56,749 bases of DNA, from the NCBI GenBank assembly GCA_963575745.1, contig CAUYUJ010000071.1, positions 62,001 to 118,749 on the forward strand, read 5' to 3'. A model generated the notes under the pieces. That model searched no databases, was not told the origin of the DNA, and saw only the letters and a list, made by a program, of their open reading frames with translations. A program made the position numbers and the translations under genes. How positions within the stretch are numbered: the first letter of the stretch is position 1; every line of letters starts with the position of its first letter. The stretch is from Prorocentrum cordatum (lineage: Eukaryota). Positions 1-14,486 of the stretch are shown here, piece after piece.

Positions 1-120
1 AGCTCCGAATAACACCACGCAAGACCCCCACAAGCCCCCAGCTGGGAGCTCGCGGGCTTAGGCCTCCTGGAAAAGGACTCCGAGCCATGTGCGCAACCAC
101 ACATGCTAAGCTATGTGTTT

Positions 121-212
121 CGTCACTTCATCCTCCTACTTCTTCTCCTCCTCCTACTCATCATCATCAGCATCAGCATCAGCATCAGCATCCGCATCAG
201 CATCAGCATCAG

Positions 213-260
<48 letters not shown>

Positions 261-709
261 TGTCATCATCAGCATCATCGTCATCATCGTCATCATCATC
301 ATCATCAGCAGCAGCATCATCCATCGCCACCAATATTTTCGTCATCATCATCCTCATCAGAATCATCATAGTCATCATCAACGCCATCGCCATCGCCAAC
401 GCCATCACCATCACCACCACCATCACCACCACCACCACCACCACAACCACCATCATCATCATCATCATCATCATTGTCATCATGATCAGCGTCATCATCA
501 CCATCATCATCACCAGCACCATCATCATAAGCATCATCCTCATCGTCATCATCGTCATCATCATCAGCAGCAGCATCATCCATCACCACCAACATGATCA
601 TGAGCATCATCATCTTCATCCTCCTCATCATAATCATCATAATCGTCGTCAACGCCACCGCCATCGCCAACGCCATCACCATCACCATCACCAGCACCAC
701 CACAACCAC

Positions 710-744
<35 letters not shown>

Positions 745-2270
745 GCGTCATCATCAGCATCGTCAACAACATCGTCACCATCACCCTGCCCCGTTATTAT
801 ACTTAACAACAGAGTAAAGTCAACATCAACCTCAAGAAATTCATCATCAGTATAAAGATTACCCATATCGACCTTAACAGCAACAATAGCAGCCGCAGCA
901 AAATCATCAGCAGCAGCAGCATCGTCATCACCATCATCAGCAGCAGCAGCAACATCATCATCCTGAGCATCATCGACATTCTCATCATCGCCATCACCAT
1001 CATCAACATCATCAACAACGTAATCGTCATCGTCATCGTCATCGCCATCACCATCATCAATCGTGTTGGCATCATCATCAGCAGCAGCAGCATCCGCAAT
1101 CTCACATGATCGCCCACCAGCATCATAGTAATGGTCCGTACACAAATCCGCATCACCGCCATCATCGTGGTCGGCGCGATAGTGACCATCAGCAACAGAA
1201 AGATAACCGCAATTGTCATAGACGTCATGGTCATCACAACTACCGCCACCGTCATCATCACCAGCATCACCGTCATCGTCAGCATTGACGACACCACCAC
1301 CACAACCTATCATCGTCATCATGCTACTCGTCACCACCACCACCACCGCCGCCATCATCATCAGCAACAACATTCGCGCCATCATCGTTGTCGGCGTCAG
1401 CATCACCATCGTCATCATCATCATCGCCAGCATCATCACCAGCATCATCATCATCATCATCATCATCATCAGCATCGTCATCATCATAATCATCATCACT
1501 TGCATCATCATCCTGTCCAATGACCCCATCAACCACCATTTCCCCATCATCGACAATATCATCAATAACATCACCAACGGCATCATCATCACCATCATCA
1601 TCACTATCATCGCCAATCTCACTATGACCACCCACCGACGTCACTTACATCATCAGCGTCATCGTCATAAAAATCATCATGTCAACGCCAGGCCCATGAT
1701 GATTCGCCATTAGCAGCAGCAGCAGAGACACATCAACAATCGTCATCAACGCCATGGTCTTCACAACTACCATCATTATGAGCTAATCATCTCATCATCA
1801 TCATCATCACCACCATCAGCAGCATCAACATTGTCAACACAATTACGACCATCATTACCATTATCAACATGATCGTGCTCGTCATCACCACCACCTCCAT
1901 CATCAGCAGTATCATCGTCATCGTGTTCATCAGCATCGTCGTCGTCATCATCATCCACTTCATCCGCATCATCATCAGCATCATCTGCATAATCATCTTT
2001 TCGCCATCGTCATCAACATCAACATCAATATCATCATCAGCAGCAGCATCAGCATCGTCATCATCATCAGCATCATCACCACCACCACCACCACGATCAT
2101 CATCATCATCACCAGCAGCAGCATCACCATCATCAGCAGCAGCATCAGCATCGGCATCAGCATCAGCATCAGCACCATCATCATCATCATCAGCATCAGC
2201 ATCAGCATCAGCATCATCATCATCATAATCATCATCATCATAGGAACCATCACCATCGACGTCAACATCA
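121..2270. repeat. degenerate (CAT)n/(CAC/CAG) trinucleotide microsatellite block
   Basis: Near-continuous CAT-family triplets; ORFs here are poly-H/I/S/M/D artefacts. Confidence 0.97.
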
Positions 2271-2559
2271 TCCTACACTTGTCCATCCATCATCCCTCTC
2301 CCTGTCCTATCTTTACCTTCCAGCTCCTCCGTTTCATCATCCTTCCATTCCTTCTGAAGAACTCCTCCTTGTCGCACTCCGAAACCAGTCGGAAGGCCAG
2401 CCTGGGCGTTTCGCCAGGGACTTCCTCCGTACCATGTATGATCCTGAAGCTTAAAAATTGGCAATAGTTTCACAAATGGAGGACATGTGGTTTTCACTAT
2501 GTGCATGGCCCGCGCCTTAGCACCGCGCACACTCGTTTCAACATTTTGCACGCGCTTCA

Positions 2560-2930
2560 CGTATTGAGGGCAGGTCGTTGTGAAAATGTGGCTCTCGCCA
2601 TGCCAGAGCTTCATGGATTGAGGGCGGGTCGTTCTGAAAATGTGGCTCTCGCCTCAGCGCCACGCACGTTCGTCCTAAACATTTGCGAAAGTTTCACGGA
2701 TTCCAATGGTCAACGTACCAGAGATGGTGTTTTTCGGAACGAGTTCGAATTGTCAGGGCGCAACGGTTGCGTTGATTTGCGGTGTTGGCGTCCGAGGAAT
2801 GGTGTTTTGGCACGATTCAGGATCGTCAAGACGCAACTGTCAGGTTGACTCGTGGCGTTGGAGTCCCGAGAATGGTGTTTCGGCACGCTCCAGGATCTTC
2901 AAACGGTTGCCTCCTAACGGGGCACTTCCC
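2560..2930. repeat. short degenerate tandem repeats (about 53 bp x2, about 74 bp x3)
   Basis: ttgagggc(a/g)ggtcgtt.tgaaaatgtggctctcgcc occurs twice; atggtgttt..gg.acg recurs near 2722, 2797 and 2870. Confidence 0.6.
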
Positions 2931-3239
2931 CGAGTGGAAATGAATCCTTGTAGGGGCCTAAGAAGAGGGAGCTTGCAGGGAGGATTTGTTCCCTTCTCGT
3001 TGATGAGTCTTGGGTTCACTGGTCCCCCTCCTCCCCCTCCTTCTAGTTCGCCTCCTGTGCCCTCCCCGTCTCCATGCGGCGAGGGTAGAGGAGAGGATGG
3101 AGCCAGACTGGAGTGGATGTGCGGGAGTGAGGCCAAGGGGCCGGGGGGGTGAGAGTACTGCGGAGTCACATGAGTTACATCTTGAATCGAACAATCCACT
3201 GATGGCTGCATCGATTGGCGGCGCGCTCAAGGGGTGGAG

Positions 3240-3360
3240 GGAGGGGGGGAGGGCTTCTTGGAAGGAAGCTGCTTCTTCGAAGGCGCCGGCCTTGCATCTA
3301 TAGACAAGGCCCGCGCCCTCTAAGAAGCAGGGGCGCTCCTAAGAAGCCCTCCCCCTCCCC
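3240..3360. other. about 120-bp imperfect palindrome at the LINE 3' end
   Basis: gggggagggcttctt..ctgcttctt..ggcgc.ggccttg..TCTA|TAGA.caaggcc.gcgcc..aagaagcag..aagaagccctccccc. Confidence 0.85.
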
Positions 3361-3499
3361 CCCACCCCCCTCTGCGCGTGGCTGCATCGAGGCAGCGTGC
3401 ATCCGTCGCGCGTTCCGCAGCCGCCGAGGCTCGACCTTCTGGAGCCAGGCAGAGCGAAACGCTGCGCAACCAACAACATCCTTCACGAGCCCCCCCGCC

Positions 3500-6400
3500 C
3501 GCAGAGCCCCGCCGCCCCGGGGCCGGAGTCTCCACTCCCCACTGCTGGGAACCTCACAGATGGCAAAACGTGTTTAAATCGACGGTCACCCCATTCTTTT
3601 CAGGACGGAGCACCTTTTTCAACTTATTCCACGGATTGCAATGTGTAGCCACCTTGCCTGGCTCACACTTCTTGTCGAGGTTGCGAAGTTGGCCACCCGA
3701 CGTCAAATAGCCGCACTAGTGGCAAATTCAAGCCGCCCGAGCAATCCAGCAGCACGCAGACACGTCCAAGCTCGCGAAGCCTGGACGGAGAAACCTGCAG
3801 CACAGCGTCGCGCCTCCCCGGTGGGGGCTCGACCGAAGGACGACCACGCTTGCCACGCAAGCATGCTGCACGCTGCCAATAGTTGCCCACCCAGCTCCAC
3901 AGATGGACGCTCTTGCCCCCCCCCCTGCGGACGCTCCACAGGGGGGGGGGGCACGCTGGACATCGGGGCCCAAAGACAAACGCGGCCACAGAGCTAGAAG
4001 CTTAGCCCCGAGACAGCCCACAGCTCTGGCAACCGCAATATTACGATCAAAGCCCTCAAGATCGGACCCCGACGGCATAGGATGCAAGAGCACCGCTTCC
4101 TTGGCCGCCTTATCGGCCCAATCGTTGCCTTGCCGCAAAAAATCGATCACGGTCGTCGGTGGCAGCCTGGACGCCCACCTGCACCTGCTGCACCTTCGGC
4201 CAATGATCACGCAGATGCTGGGCCATGCCACTGTCACTGTACCTTCGACTGCTTGAAGGGATCTCGGGCCAGGGCAAGCGTGAAAAGCCCACACAGCCCC
4301 GGCCATCGGAAAAGGCCGTAGATGGGCCTGTCGCCCACTGAACAGCAACAGACATAGCATGGCATTCCGCTGCCTGCGGAGTCTGCTGGCAGGGCGCCCA
4401 CGCTGGACCTTTAACTCGACACGCAGCATTGCCTGTCTCCTTCGAGACGACCACGATAGACCACCCCGCTCTGTTGAGGTCCCCCACCAGGAAACTAGTA
4501 CGCGAGCCGTCGACAAATATGTCACCCTCGAACCACTCCTCGATGTCCCCCTCCTCCTCCGCCCACCCCACCACGATGCCCCCCCGACTTGAGAGGCTGC
4601 GGGAAGTCGGAGGGGCGGGGGGGAGACACCGTAGCAGGCCAGATTGTCGCCAGCCTTAGCTGCCCAATCTTGCATGTCCTGCTTAACAAGCTTATCTCGA
4701 AAATCGACCACCTCAGGGCAACGGCATTCCCACAGGCGATGTCTAAGGGTGTCTAAGCCTTCCCCTCACAGCGGGCACACCGTGGTGGGCAGCACGTAAC
4801 CTAAGCTGGCGGCACGCTGGCGGGCGTAAATCGCCCGGCAAAAAAAAAAAAACGAGCGCAGGCAGCCTTTCTGGTAGGGGGTAAACTTGGAGCTTTTGAG
4901 GTAACTGATAACAGGATCCACGCAGGCCCTGCCCTTCAAATTGAGCCTGGCCCCCAGGTCCCATTCAAGCCCCCTGACAACAGCCTTCCGCAGAAGCGCG
5001 CGAATCAGCTGGGGCGAAAACTCGGTAAGCTGAAGCCCCCCCCCCCAGATCAGTAACCAGGACCCCGAGAGCAGGCATGGTCCAGGAAATACACTCCAGG
5101 GATTTCCGAGGGGCCGTAACGGGGCCCGACACACTTCGCCACAGCGGGGACTCGCCCTCGCAGCCAGCCTGCCACGCAGCTCTGAGCTCCGGTAAAGTCG
5201 GCGCGTGACTATACAGCCGATGATGCGCCCACCATATCTCCTTAGACCAACGGATGATTGGGGCAACACACGCATACCAGCACGGCCCCCCGTGAGCAAG
5301 CAAAAAGGCCGTCAACGATCGGCCCCTTAGCCGACGGCTGCAAAACCTTTCCCGCTCGGCGCCGATAACTCAACAATTCGAAGTCGCTGACCTCGGACCC
5401 CAAAAACCTTAGAAGCGAGGGCACCCGAGGCAAAAACATGTCGGGCAACACGGCCCCAAACAGTGGGCGTCAAGCGGGCCGACCGAGAAACGAAACCACG
5501 GGTCTTCCGTTCGCGTTGTTTGTATTTGGCGCTCCTTCCTTACCTCTGCGAGGCCGGCCTGCGCAATCATCAACACCGAGATTCGGCGCCGACGAGACCG
5601 GTGGTCCCGCCAGCCCTCCAAGCTTGGCAGCGAGCTCACGTCCAAGCGACTTGGAGGAACAGATCAGCGAACGCCCCCCCTCGTCCTGACTGACTTCGGC
5701 ACCCGCCCCGTCCTCCAAGGCCGAGTACAGCTGGCGAGCAACAGACGGCAGGCTGGCGACGATGCATCCCTGGGTGCCCGTCGCGCTGACACCAGCATCG
5801 TCGATGTACCACTTAAAATGGACCTGGGGGGGCGTCCAACTTTTCCAGATCCTGAATGGCATAGACACTGATAAAACTGGCGGCGAAGGTGCACCCCGCA
5901 TTAATGCCCCCCTCGGCCCAGTAGGGCCCACCCACGGCCCCCGTTGAGGACGAAAACCCGAGCCTGGAGGCACATGGCAATCGCCAATCGGGCGATGGCC
6001 AGCGGGAAATGCATCTGCCTGACACGAAACAACCACATCCTCAGATTGATAGTCTCGTAGTATTCGTATAAGTCGAGCAGCACAGTGGCCGCTTCTTCCT
6101 TGATCAAGGTGGAAGTCTCGGCCCGAACCGCCTGCCTCCAGACCACGTCCTGAGCCCCTTCAAAGGGTCCCGCGGCAAAAAAACCCTCGCGTGGGTGAAT
6201 TCCCACTCTTGCGCCAGCGGACGACGCACCATGCCGCGCGCACGATAAAGAGCGCAGAAGTTCCCAATCGGTCGAAACCCCGCACTCACACTGGGGACGA
6301 GGGTGAGGAGGGCGACGGAGACCTGGACAGGGACCAGAGCGGTGAGCTCCATAAAGGCAAACATAACAGCAACCATGAGCAGCAGCGCATCACTCATGAA

Positions 6401-8100
6401 AGCGAAATGCTTCATGTGGAAGCCATCCACACTGACCGAAGTCTTGTCCTTAAACTTCCGCGAGAACTCCCGAATGGCTTCCACTGGCACGGGCTGCAGA
6501 AGAGGGGCCAACTCGCCAACTTCGAACCAACTTCCAGAGCCCCCAACCCCCCCAAAGCTTCGAAAAGTTGGAGGACTCAGCCTTGAGTAAGGAGAGAGGG
6601 TCAGCCACCACCACCCCGTCCAGGGACAGGGTGGCGGCGGGGGTCCAAGGAGCGGCCCCGTTAGAGGCCGCGTGAACACGACGGGCCCCCCGATGGGCTT
6701 CAAAAAGAAGCCGCCCCCTCCAATCCTTGTCGGCAAGTTTCCTGGCCGACGCCTCGACCTCTGACAGCGCCGTCTGGAAGGCGCCCACCATGCGAGCGAA
6801 AAAGTCGAACAGAGGCCCGCCCTTGGCCTCGTACATCCGCAACTCGAAGATAAAATCGCGCAGGGCACCCAAGAAACTATGAGCAGGCCCTAGGTGCTGC
6901 GCAAACTGAGGCGGCGACTCCAGAGCAGCAAGCACAGAGTCGACGCCCGTCTGACTGCCGTTCGACCAGAAGCCTTCGAAGTCACAAAACATGTTGGCCA
7001 ACCAGCGGCAAGAGAACAGTTCCGAGTTCATACGAGTGCCCTTCTGGTGCAAAATGCGCCCCCAACACATCTGGGGGGCTTGCCCCTCGCGCCCCACACG
7101 GGCAGGGCCTTGCCAGTGGCCGCGGACACCTTGCGCTCAGCAGCATTCGCCCAGAGTCTATACGAGCGATCAAGGACCTCCTGGGCCCTGTCCCAGTCGC
7201 CCTGCCCAGCCGCAACCCGAGCAGACCCCAGCACGTCGCGGACCCTAAAGGGCGGGAACACCGCCTCGAACACCTGGACGGGGGCCAGGGGGGTCGCGGG
7301 GAGCGGCGGAGGGCGCCGAAAGGCGAGGGCCTGAAGACGACCGGGACTGGGATGCGAGACGACTTGCACGAGCGAATGGGGAGCGAGGCCACTCTCACGG
7401 ATCACCTTAACTTGGCTAACGGTCTTGGCAACGTCGGCCGAAGCGATGGAAAAAGTCGCATTGGTTGAGTCCTGCCGTTGACTTACAAGCGTGCCCATCT
7501 AGAATCAAAAGCTGGATATCCTCCGGCCTGGATCCAGAGCCGCCCGAAAGGAGCATCGTCGGCCCCATACTGAAATCCGCCCCGAGAAAAAATTGCACCC
7601 CAGGGCCTGCCCCAGGGGGAGGCACGAACACACGAGGTCAACGTTTTCATCCGACAGGTCCTGGCAGTCGTGGAAATAGGCCGACAAGATGGCGAGATGC
7701 GCCTGCCCTGGGACGTCCACGATGCCCACAAGGGCCCGCCCCGCAGCAATCTGACGGCCAGAAGGCGGCGCAGCAAGACCCAAAGACTCTCTCACGAACG
7801 TCGCCACGCCAGCAGAGGGGCCACCTCCACTGCCCGACACCGCCGCCACCCACCGGCTCTTCCACCCGTGGCGTCTCGCCCGCGACGATGCCGAAGCCAG
7901 TTGATGGGGCATCTGCTTATGCTCCTGCATGACCACCACGCGTGCCCCAGTCTTCTGCAACCACAACTGTCCAGATCCCCAGCCAGAAACGCTACCGGTT
8001 TCAATCGCTGGCGCGAGCTGGTCCAGAGGGAACGCGCCAGCCTCCAGAGGCCGCGGCAGCTGCTCCCGGGGCCCGGGCGAAACACCAGGCATGAGAGGCC
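3500..8100 (-). pseudogene. frameshifted LINE ORF2 (APE, RT, RNaseH, C-terminal Zn motif)
   Basis: Domains are split across many ORF-track frames (7505, 7416, 7028, 6450, 6104, 5901, 5470, 4766, 4110, 3728, 3663); ends approximate. Confidence 0.85.
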
Positions 8101-8414
8101 CGCGGGGCTCTAAAAATTTAGGCGGCGGATTCGGGCCACTACGATCGAGGGCCGACTTGGCCCTAGCCAACGCGTGACCAACAGCTTTCAAGAGGGAGGG
8201 GCGAGCACCAGATCCAGAACCGACGGTGGCGGCGTCAGCCTCGGAGGTCCACGCAAGGCGAGCCAAAAAAATCTGTTGGGAGAACGCCACCTCGACGTCT
8301 CCCGCGCCCTCACCTAGGTTCTCGACACTGCACGCAGCAAAAGGCGGGGAGGAGGAGAGAGGTCGACCTAGCGTCGACCCCCAAAAGTTAGCCTGCGCAT
8401 TGCCTGCCAGGGGC

Positions 8415-9806
8415 TCAGAGCTCAGAACGGGACGGCTCGAACCTGACAGCGCCCCAATCGATGAGGAGGGCCTCGAACGCGAAGCCAAACCTGCACCCCC
8501 ATGGGCTTGCACAGCCAGTGCGACGCCTCCCGCGGGAGGCCGAAGTAGTCCACGATCCCCCCCCCAGGCGGAACCTGCGGGGGGCGCCGTGCAACACTCT
8601 GTCAGCACGAGAGCGTACATCACCAGGTGCAGCAGCAGTAGGCGCGGGGCCGCCTTCGCCTGCAGGCGCAGGCTCGGGCGCGGCAGGCGCCCCGCCCTCG
8701 CGCCCTGCGGCGGCAGCGGCGGCAGCGGCGCCAGCGGCTGGGGCAGCACCACCCCCAGCACTGGAAGTGCCGCCGCCTGGAGCGGCACCACCTGCTGCTG
8801 GTAGGTCATACTGTCCTTCGGTGCGGCGACGCTTGGCCTGTAGCCTCTTGAGCTGCTCGGCATGAGCCTCCTTGAACGCCTTCGACTTGGCGGCAGCCTC
8901 ACCGAAGAGCTGTCTGACCGCAGCCTGGATACTTTCTCGCAATTGTTCCAACCTTTTTGTCGCTTCCTGCTTGTCCTCGTCCGAAAACTCGTACTCCGTC
9001 TCAGCAGCGAGCAAGCTGTCCAAACAGATAGGCAGCGACTCTCCATTGAGCAAGTCGTCAACACTGAGCATCGGTGGAGGGGCAGGCTCTCGAGGACAAC
9101 CTGCCGCGGCCTGCAACTGGCTGACAAGTGACTTGTGCTTCTCCTCAGCCACCTGCAGCTCCTCTCGGAGGGAACGAACTCGGCCCCGTTGTGCATCCAG
9201 CTCGCTCTCCAACCGCTCGAAGACGTTGAGGTTCTTCCCGAGCTTCGTGTCCAGGGCGCGCATGTCGTTGAAAGAGCGGTTGACCTGATGCTCCAGCGGG
9301 ACCTGGACCTTGGCCTCCTCAGCCTGGCGGCGGAGGCGAGCGTCGAGTTCCCGCTGCCACTTCTCAGCGGCCTCGGGGCCCCCCATGCGGCGCAAGCCGT
9401 CCACGAGCCCGCGCAGCTGGTCAGTGTCGGAGAGCTGGCCCGGCGCCGCCAGGGGGTTGCCGTTTCCAGACCAGAAGAGAGGGCCAGGGCGACGAGGAAG
9501 GCCATCAGCAGGCGCAGGGGGCAGCGCACGCTCCCAGGTGCCAGGCGGAGCGCTGCCTGCCCACACGCCCTGCGGCTGTGGCCAATGCTGGCCCGTCCGC
9601 GGGACAGCGCGCCAGGCCCAGCAGTTCTTGCACTGCGCCCAGCCCTGCTTGTTCTTCTTGAATCCGCACGAACTGCATGTCCATGTGGATGCACGGCTCT
9701 GAGCATCCCACTCTGCCCAGCCGTCGACGGCGGCCTGCTCTCGCCACGGCCAGCTGGCACGCGCCTGGGCTCCACGCCCCCGCTGGGCTGAAGCAGACGG
9801 CGCCAT
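8415..9806 (-). CDS. LINE ORF1 protein with RanBP2-like zinc finger and coiled coils
   Basis: ATG in gccgccATGg context; WTCSSCGFKKNKQGWAQCKNC; long E/K/R/L helical stretches; lies upstream of the APE region. Confidence 0.8.
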   Translation of the reverse strand: MAPSASAQRGRGAQARASWPWREQAAVDGWAEWDAQSRASTWTCSSCGFKKNKQGWAQCKNCWAWRAVPRTGQHWPQPQGVWAGSAPPGTWERALPPAPADGLPRRPGPLFWSGNGNPLAAPGQLSDTDQLRGLVDGLRRMGGPEAAEKWQRELDARLRRQAEEAKVQVPLEHQVNRSFNDMRALDTKLGKNLNVFERLESELDAQRGRVRSLREELQVAEEKHKSLVSQLQAAAGCPREPAPPPMLSVDDLLNGESLPICLDSLLAAETEYEFSDEDKQEATKRLEQLRESIQAAVRQLFGEAAAKSKAFKEAHAEQLKRLQAKRRRTEGQYDLPAAGGAAPGGGTSSAGGGAAPAAGAAAAAAAAGREGGAPAAPEPAPAGEGGPAPTAAAPGDVRSRADRVLHGAPRRFRLGGGSWTTSASRGRRRTGCASPWGCRFGFAFEALLIDWGAVRFEPSRSEL

Positions 9807-9917
9807 GGCGGCGCTGCAAACTTGGGAAGTGAAGGTATCCTGTCAAATTGCTTGGTTCGCAGGAACGCGTGCCCTTCTGAAGAACGCCCCTGCAACGCAA
9901 CTTGGCGCAGAAGGGCT

Positions 9918-10940
<1,023 letters not shown>

Positions 10941-11444
10941 TTCGGCCTTGACTAACAAAATATCGGGGCCGAGTTGACGGCTCCTCTCGTCTTGACGACT
11001 TAAGTGTTGGAGCTGAATTGACGATTGCTTTCGTATCCGCGAACGTAGTCTTGGGGCCGAGCTGACGTCTGAAGTGTCCGGGCCGAGTTGACGACCGTAG
11101 TGGGCGCTTCTCAAGATATGCGCCGTCTGAGCCACTGGGCTGGATTCAAGTCATCATCTTCATCCGACTCATCCTCCTCTTCATCATCAAAAGTCGAAAC
11201 TCCTCCGCCCCAGACCCGCCCTCCCCGACCCAAAACCGTCCACCATCGGTCCCGATTTCTCTTCCTGGGTCCATCCTGATCGCTTTTTCGTTCCAGATCG
11301 ATGTCTGCCAGTCCTGATCTCCGAAACAGGTCCCCAGAGGCCCAAATCGGCGACACCGCCGCCGACGACGACAGAGACGACCAAGACGACACCGACGAGG
11401 ACGAGGACGAAGACGAGGACGATGACGACGACGATCCCATCGGC

Positions 11445-11545
11445 CTTGAGCGGGCTCTCCTGGGGTCGCTGCGAGACCGCGAGCGAGACCACGAGGCCGG
11501 GCGGCCCCGGCTCCCCATGTTCTCCCGCGAGCGGCTGAGCGTGTC
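11445..11545 (-). CDS. KH gene exon h (RS-rich: DTLSRSRENMGSRGRPASWSRSRSRSDPRRARS)
   Basis: cag|G acceptor in phase with exon g, AG|gc donor, 101 bp. Confidence 0.7.
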
Positions 11546-11799
11546 CTGGCCACGGCGTCCGCTGGCGGGTCGCCCGCGCGCGCCCGTCTCCCTCGTCCTC
11601 CTCCGTTTTCTGCTTCTTTCCCTCCCATCCCTCCTGCTTCCGCTCCTTCTGCCTCGTCGTCATCCTCCACCTCCTCCTCCTCCTTCTCCTCCTAGCCCTC
11701 CTCCTCCTAGCCCTCCTCCTCGCCCTCCTCCTCCTCCTCCTCCTCCTCCTCCTCCCCCTCGTCTTCCATCCTCATCATCATCACACCAACAACCACACC

Positions 11800-11833
<34 letters not shown>

Positions 11834-13302
11834 GCAACAACCATTTTAAGGCTGTACGCTCTTACTTGCCCGCGAGTCATTCAACACGTATACCCTACAC
11901 CCTCGATACCCGCCCTCTTCGTCTTCGATCACACCCCTTTCGGGGGGATTATTTCTCTTTGCTGGGGCCGGCGGGCTTAGACGTACGGGCAAACCGGAAC
12001 GGGCGGACAATCCTTCGGGGGCGTACATCTCTCTGCCCGCCATTGGAATTGGCGCGGGCCCTGCAAGAGGAGGAGGGGAAGAACGAGGGAGAGTGGGAGG
12101 AAGGGGAGGGGGAAGGACGAAGGAAGAGGGAAGATACCACGTTGTGAAGGCGTCCTTGGCGCGTGCGTGGTTCCTGAGCGCCGAAACGCAATTCCAGAAT
12201 AATTTGTGAGGACGTCACACGCGAGAGCGCAGTCCTGAGTACATTGTAAGGAAATCTCAGGCGGAAGCGGGGGCCCTGACTAAGTTGCGAGGAAGTCTCA
12301 AGCGGGAGCGCCGTTCCTGAGCAAATTGCACGGAAGTCTCAGGCGGGAGCGGGGGTCCTCACTAAATTGCGAGGAAGTCTCAGGCGGGAGCGCCGTTCCT
12401 GAGTCAATTGCGCGGAAATGTCAGGCAGGAGCGGGGGTCCTGAGTAAAATTCGAAGAAGTCTCAGGCGGGAGCGCCGTTCCCACGTAAATTGCACGGAAG
12501 TCTCAGGCGGGAGCGGGGGTCTTGATTACATTGCGAGGAAGTCTCAGACGGGAGCGCCTTTCCTGAGTAAATTGCGCGGAAGTCTCAGGCGGGAGCGGGG
12601 GTCCTGAGTAAAAATCGAAGAAGTCTCAGGCGGGAGCCGTTGTTGTTGTAGCCCGGGGGGCAGGGGCACAGTTTGAGCAGGAAGACTTTCCTTGAGAAAA
12701 AACAAGGTGCGAGCCCCGGGGGTGGCACTTCAATCGAAAAAAAACAATGTGCACCTGTGGGGGGGGATCAAAAATAATTATTCTTCAAGAATGAGAGTTC
12801 AACAACCACAACAACAACAGTTAAAACTACAACACCAACAACAACAACCACAACCACAACAACAACAACGACAACATCAGCAACAATCACAACAACAACA
12901 GCAACCACAACCACAACCACAACCACAACAAAAACCACAACAACCACAACAACCACAACAACCACACCAACAACCACACCAACAACAAAAGCAACAACAA
13001 CAACAACAACCACACTGGCAACCACAGCCACAACAACAACGACGACTACAACAACCACGACAACAACAACAACCACAACCACAGCAACAACAATAACAGC
13101 AGCAGCAGCTACAGCAACAACGAACTAAGAACCACGACAACACCAGCAGTAGCAGCAGCAGCACCACCAGCAACAGCATCAGCATTACCATCCTCAACTG
13201 CAATGTCATCGGCATCCTCATCGTCATCAGCAGCATCGCCAACATCCTAAACAACAACAATAACAACAACAACAACGACAACAACAACAACAACAACAAC
13301 AA

Positions 13303-13360
<58 letters not shown>

Positions 13361-14340
13361 GACAGCGACAGCGACAGCAACCACAATAGCAACAAGCAAC
13401 AGCAACAGCAACAGCAACAATAATAACCACGACAACAGCCATCATTGCAAGACTATTCGCTCTTATCTGCTGGCGTGCAATTAATTCAACACGTATACCC
13501 CAAACCCTTGATTCCCCCCCTCTTCGTCTTCGATCGTGGCCCCTTAGGGGTAGATCTTTCCTACCTGTTACGTGTATTTCGTGCAGCCCCTAAGGCAGGG
13601 GAAAAGAAGACGGCTGGAAGAAAGGGACAAGGGGGAGGGACGAGGATCGAGCACGAGAGAGAGTAGCAGGAGAGGCGCTAGGAGCAGAAAACACGTGGCA
13701 GCACCAGACGGGCAGATCGGGCGGGTGGGCCCCAATGGGCGGATCGGGAAGGCGGGCCCAGGCGGCCAGGTCGAGCAGGCGGGTTGCATGAATCGCGAGC
13801 AAGTCTCCCGCAATAGCGCGATTCCCAAATAAATCGTCTGAAATCTACAGCGAGAGCGTGATTCCTGAGTGTCGAGGGCGCGGCGTTTGAATAAGTTGTG
13901 GGGAAGTCCCACGCGAGAGCGCGATTGCTGTATAAATTGTGAGTGAGTCCAGCGCGAGAGCGCCTTTTGGTAATAACATGTGATGCAATATCAGGCGGGA
14001 GCAATTGTTGTGGTAAACCGGGGGCCAGCAATACAGTTTGGTAAACCGGGGGCCAACAGCCCGGTGCCAACCCTTGTAAAAGACGGGGTGGGAGCCCCAG
14101 GAATACAGACTGGTTGCCGGGCACGGGCATCAACCATAAAGTTCTTAAGAAATGAGAATTCAACGACAACGACACCACAGGTAACAGCATCAGCATCGGC
14201 ATCATCATCAACGTCATCAACACAATCAGCATCATCACCATCATGGTAATAGCCAGTCAGCATCATCATCCGACCAACAGCAGCAGCATCAGCAGCAGCA
14301 TCAGCAACAGCATCAGCAACAGCATCGTGACCATCATCAC

Positions 14341-14375
<35 letters not shown>

Positions 14376-14423
14376 GCATCATCATCATCACCATCACCAT
14401 CACCATCATCATCACCAAACCAC

Positions 14424-14486
<63 letters not shown>

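Larger units (their letters stand above)
3240..9917 (-). mobile_element. decayed two-ORF non-LTR retrotransposon (ORF1; APE-RT-RNaseH)
   Basis: Minus-strand fragments in the expected order: APE (VVVMQEHK, FFLGADF), RT (FRPIG, LLDLYEYYE, WYIDD), RNaseH (IFVDGS, QAAEC, FSD, GNDWADKAAK). 5' end abuts (CCT)n on the element strand. 3' boundary approximate. Confidence 0.9.

Noticed and set aside
87..2286. Poly-His/Ile/Met/Asp ORFs (also at about 9800-11100, 12700-13450, 33364-34000, 43350-44000, 54750-55450)
   Set aside because: Translation artefacts of stop-free trinucleotide microsatellites
7505..9895. 796-aa ORF as a single real protein
   Set aside because: Only the C-terminal part has APE motifs; the N-terminal part is the alternative frame of GC-rich ORF1 and starts at a non-ATG codon
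11111..11440. Continuation of the RS exon to the stop at 11111
   Set aside because: Runs through a (GAC)n microsatellite after a good AG|gc donor; more likely intron, though not excluded without transcripts
11841..11853. CCATTTTAAGGCT as a relic spliced leader
   Set aside because: Short gapped match, not conserved in the second copy of the element
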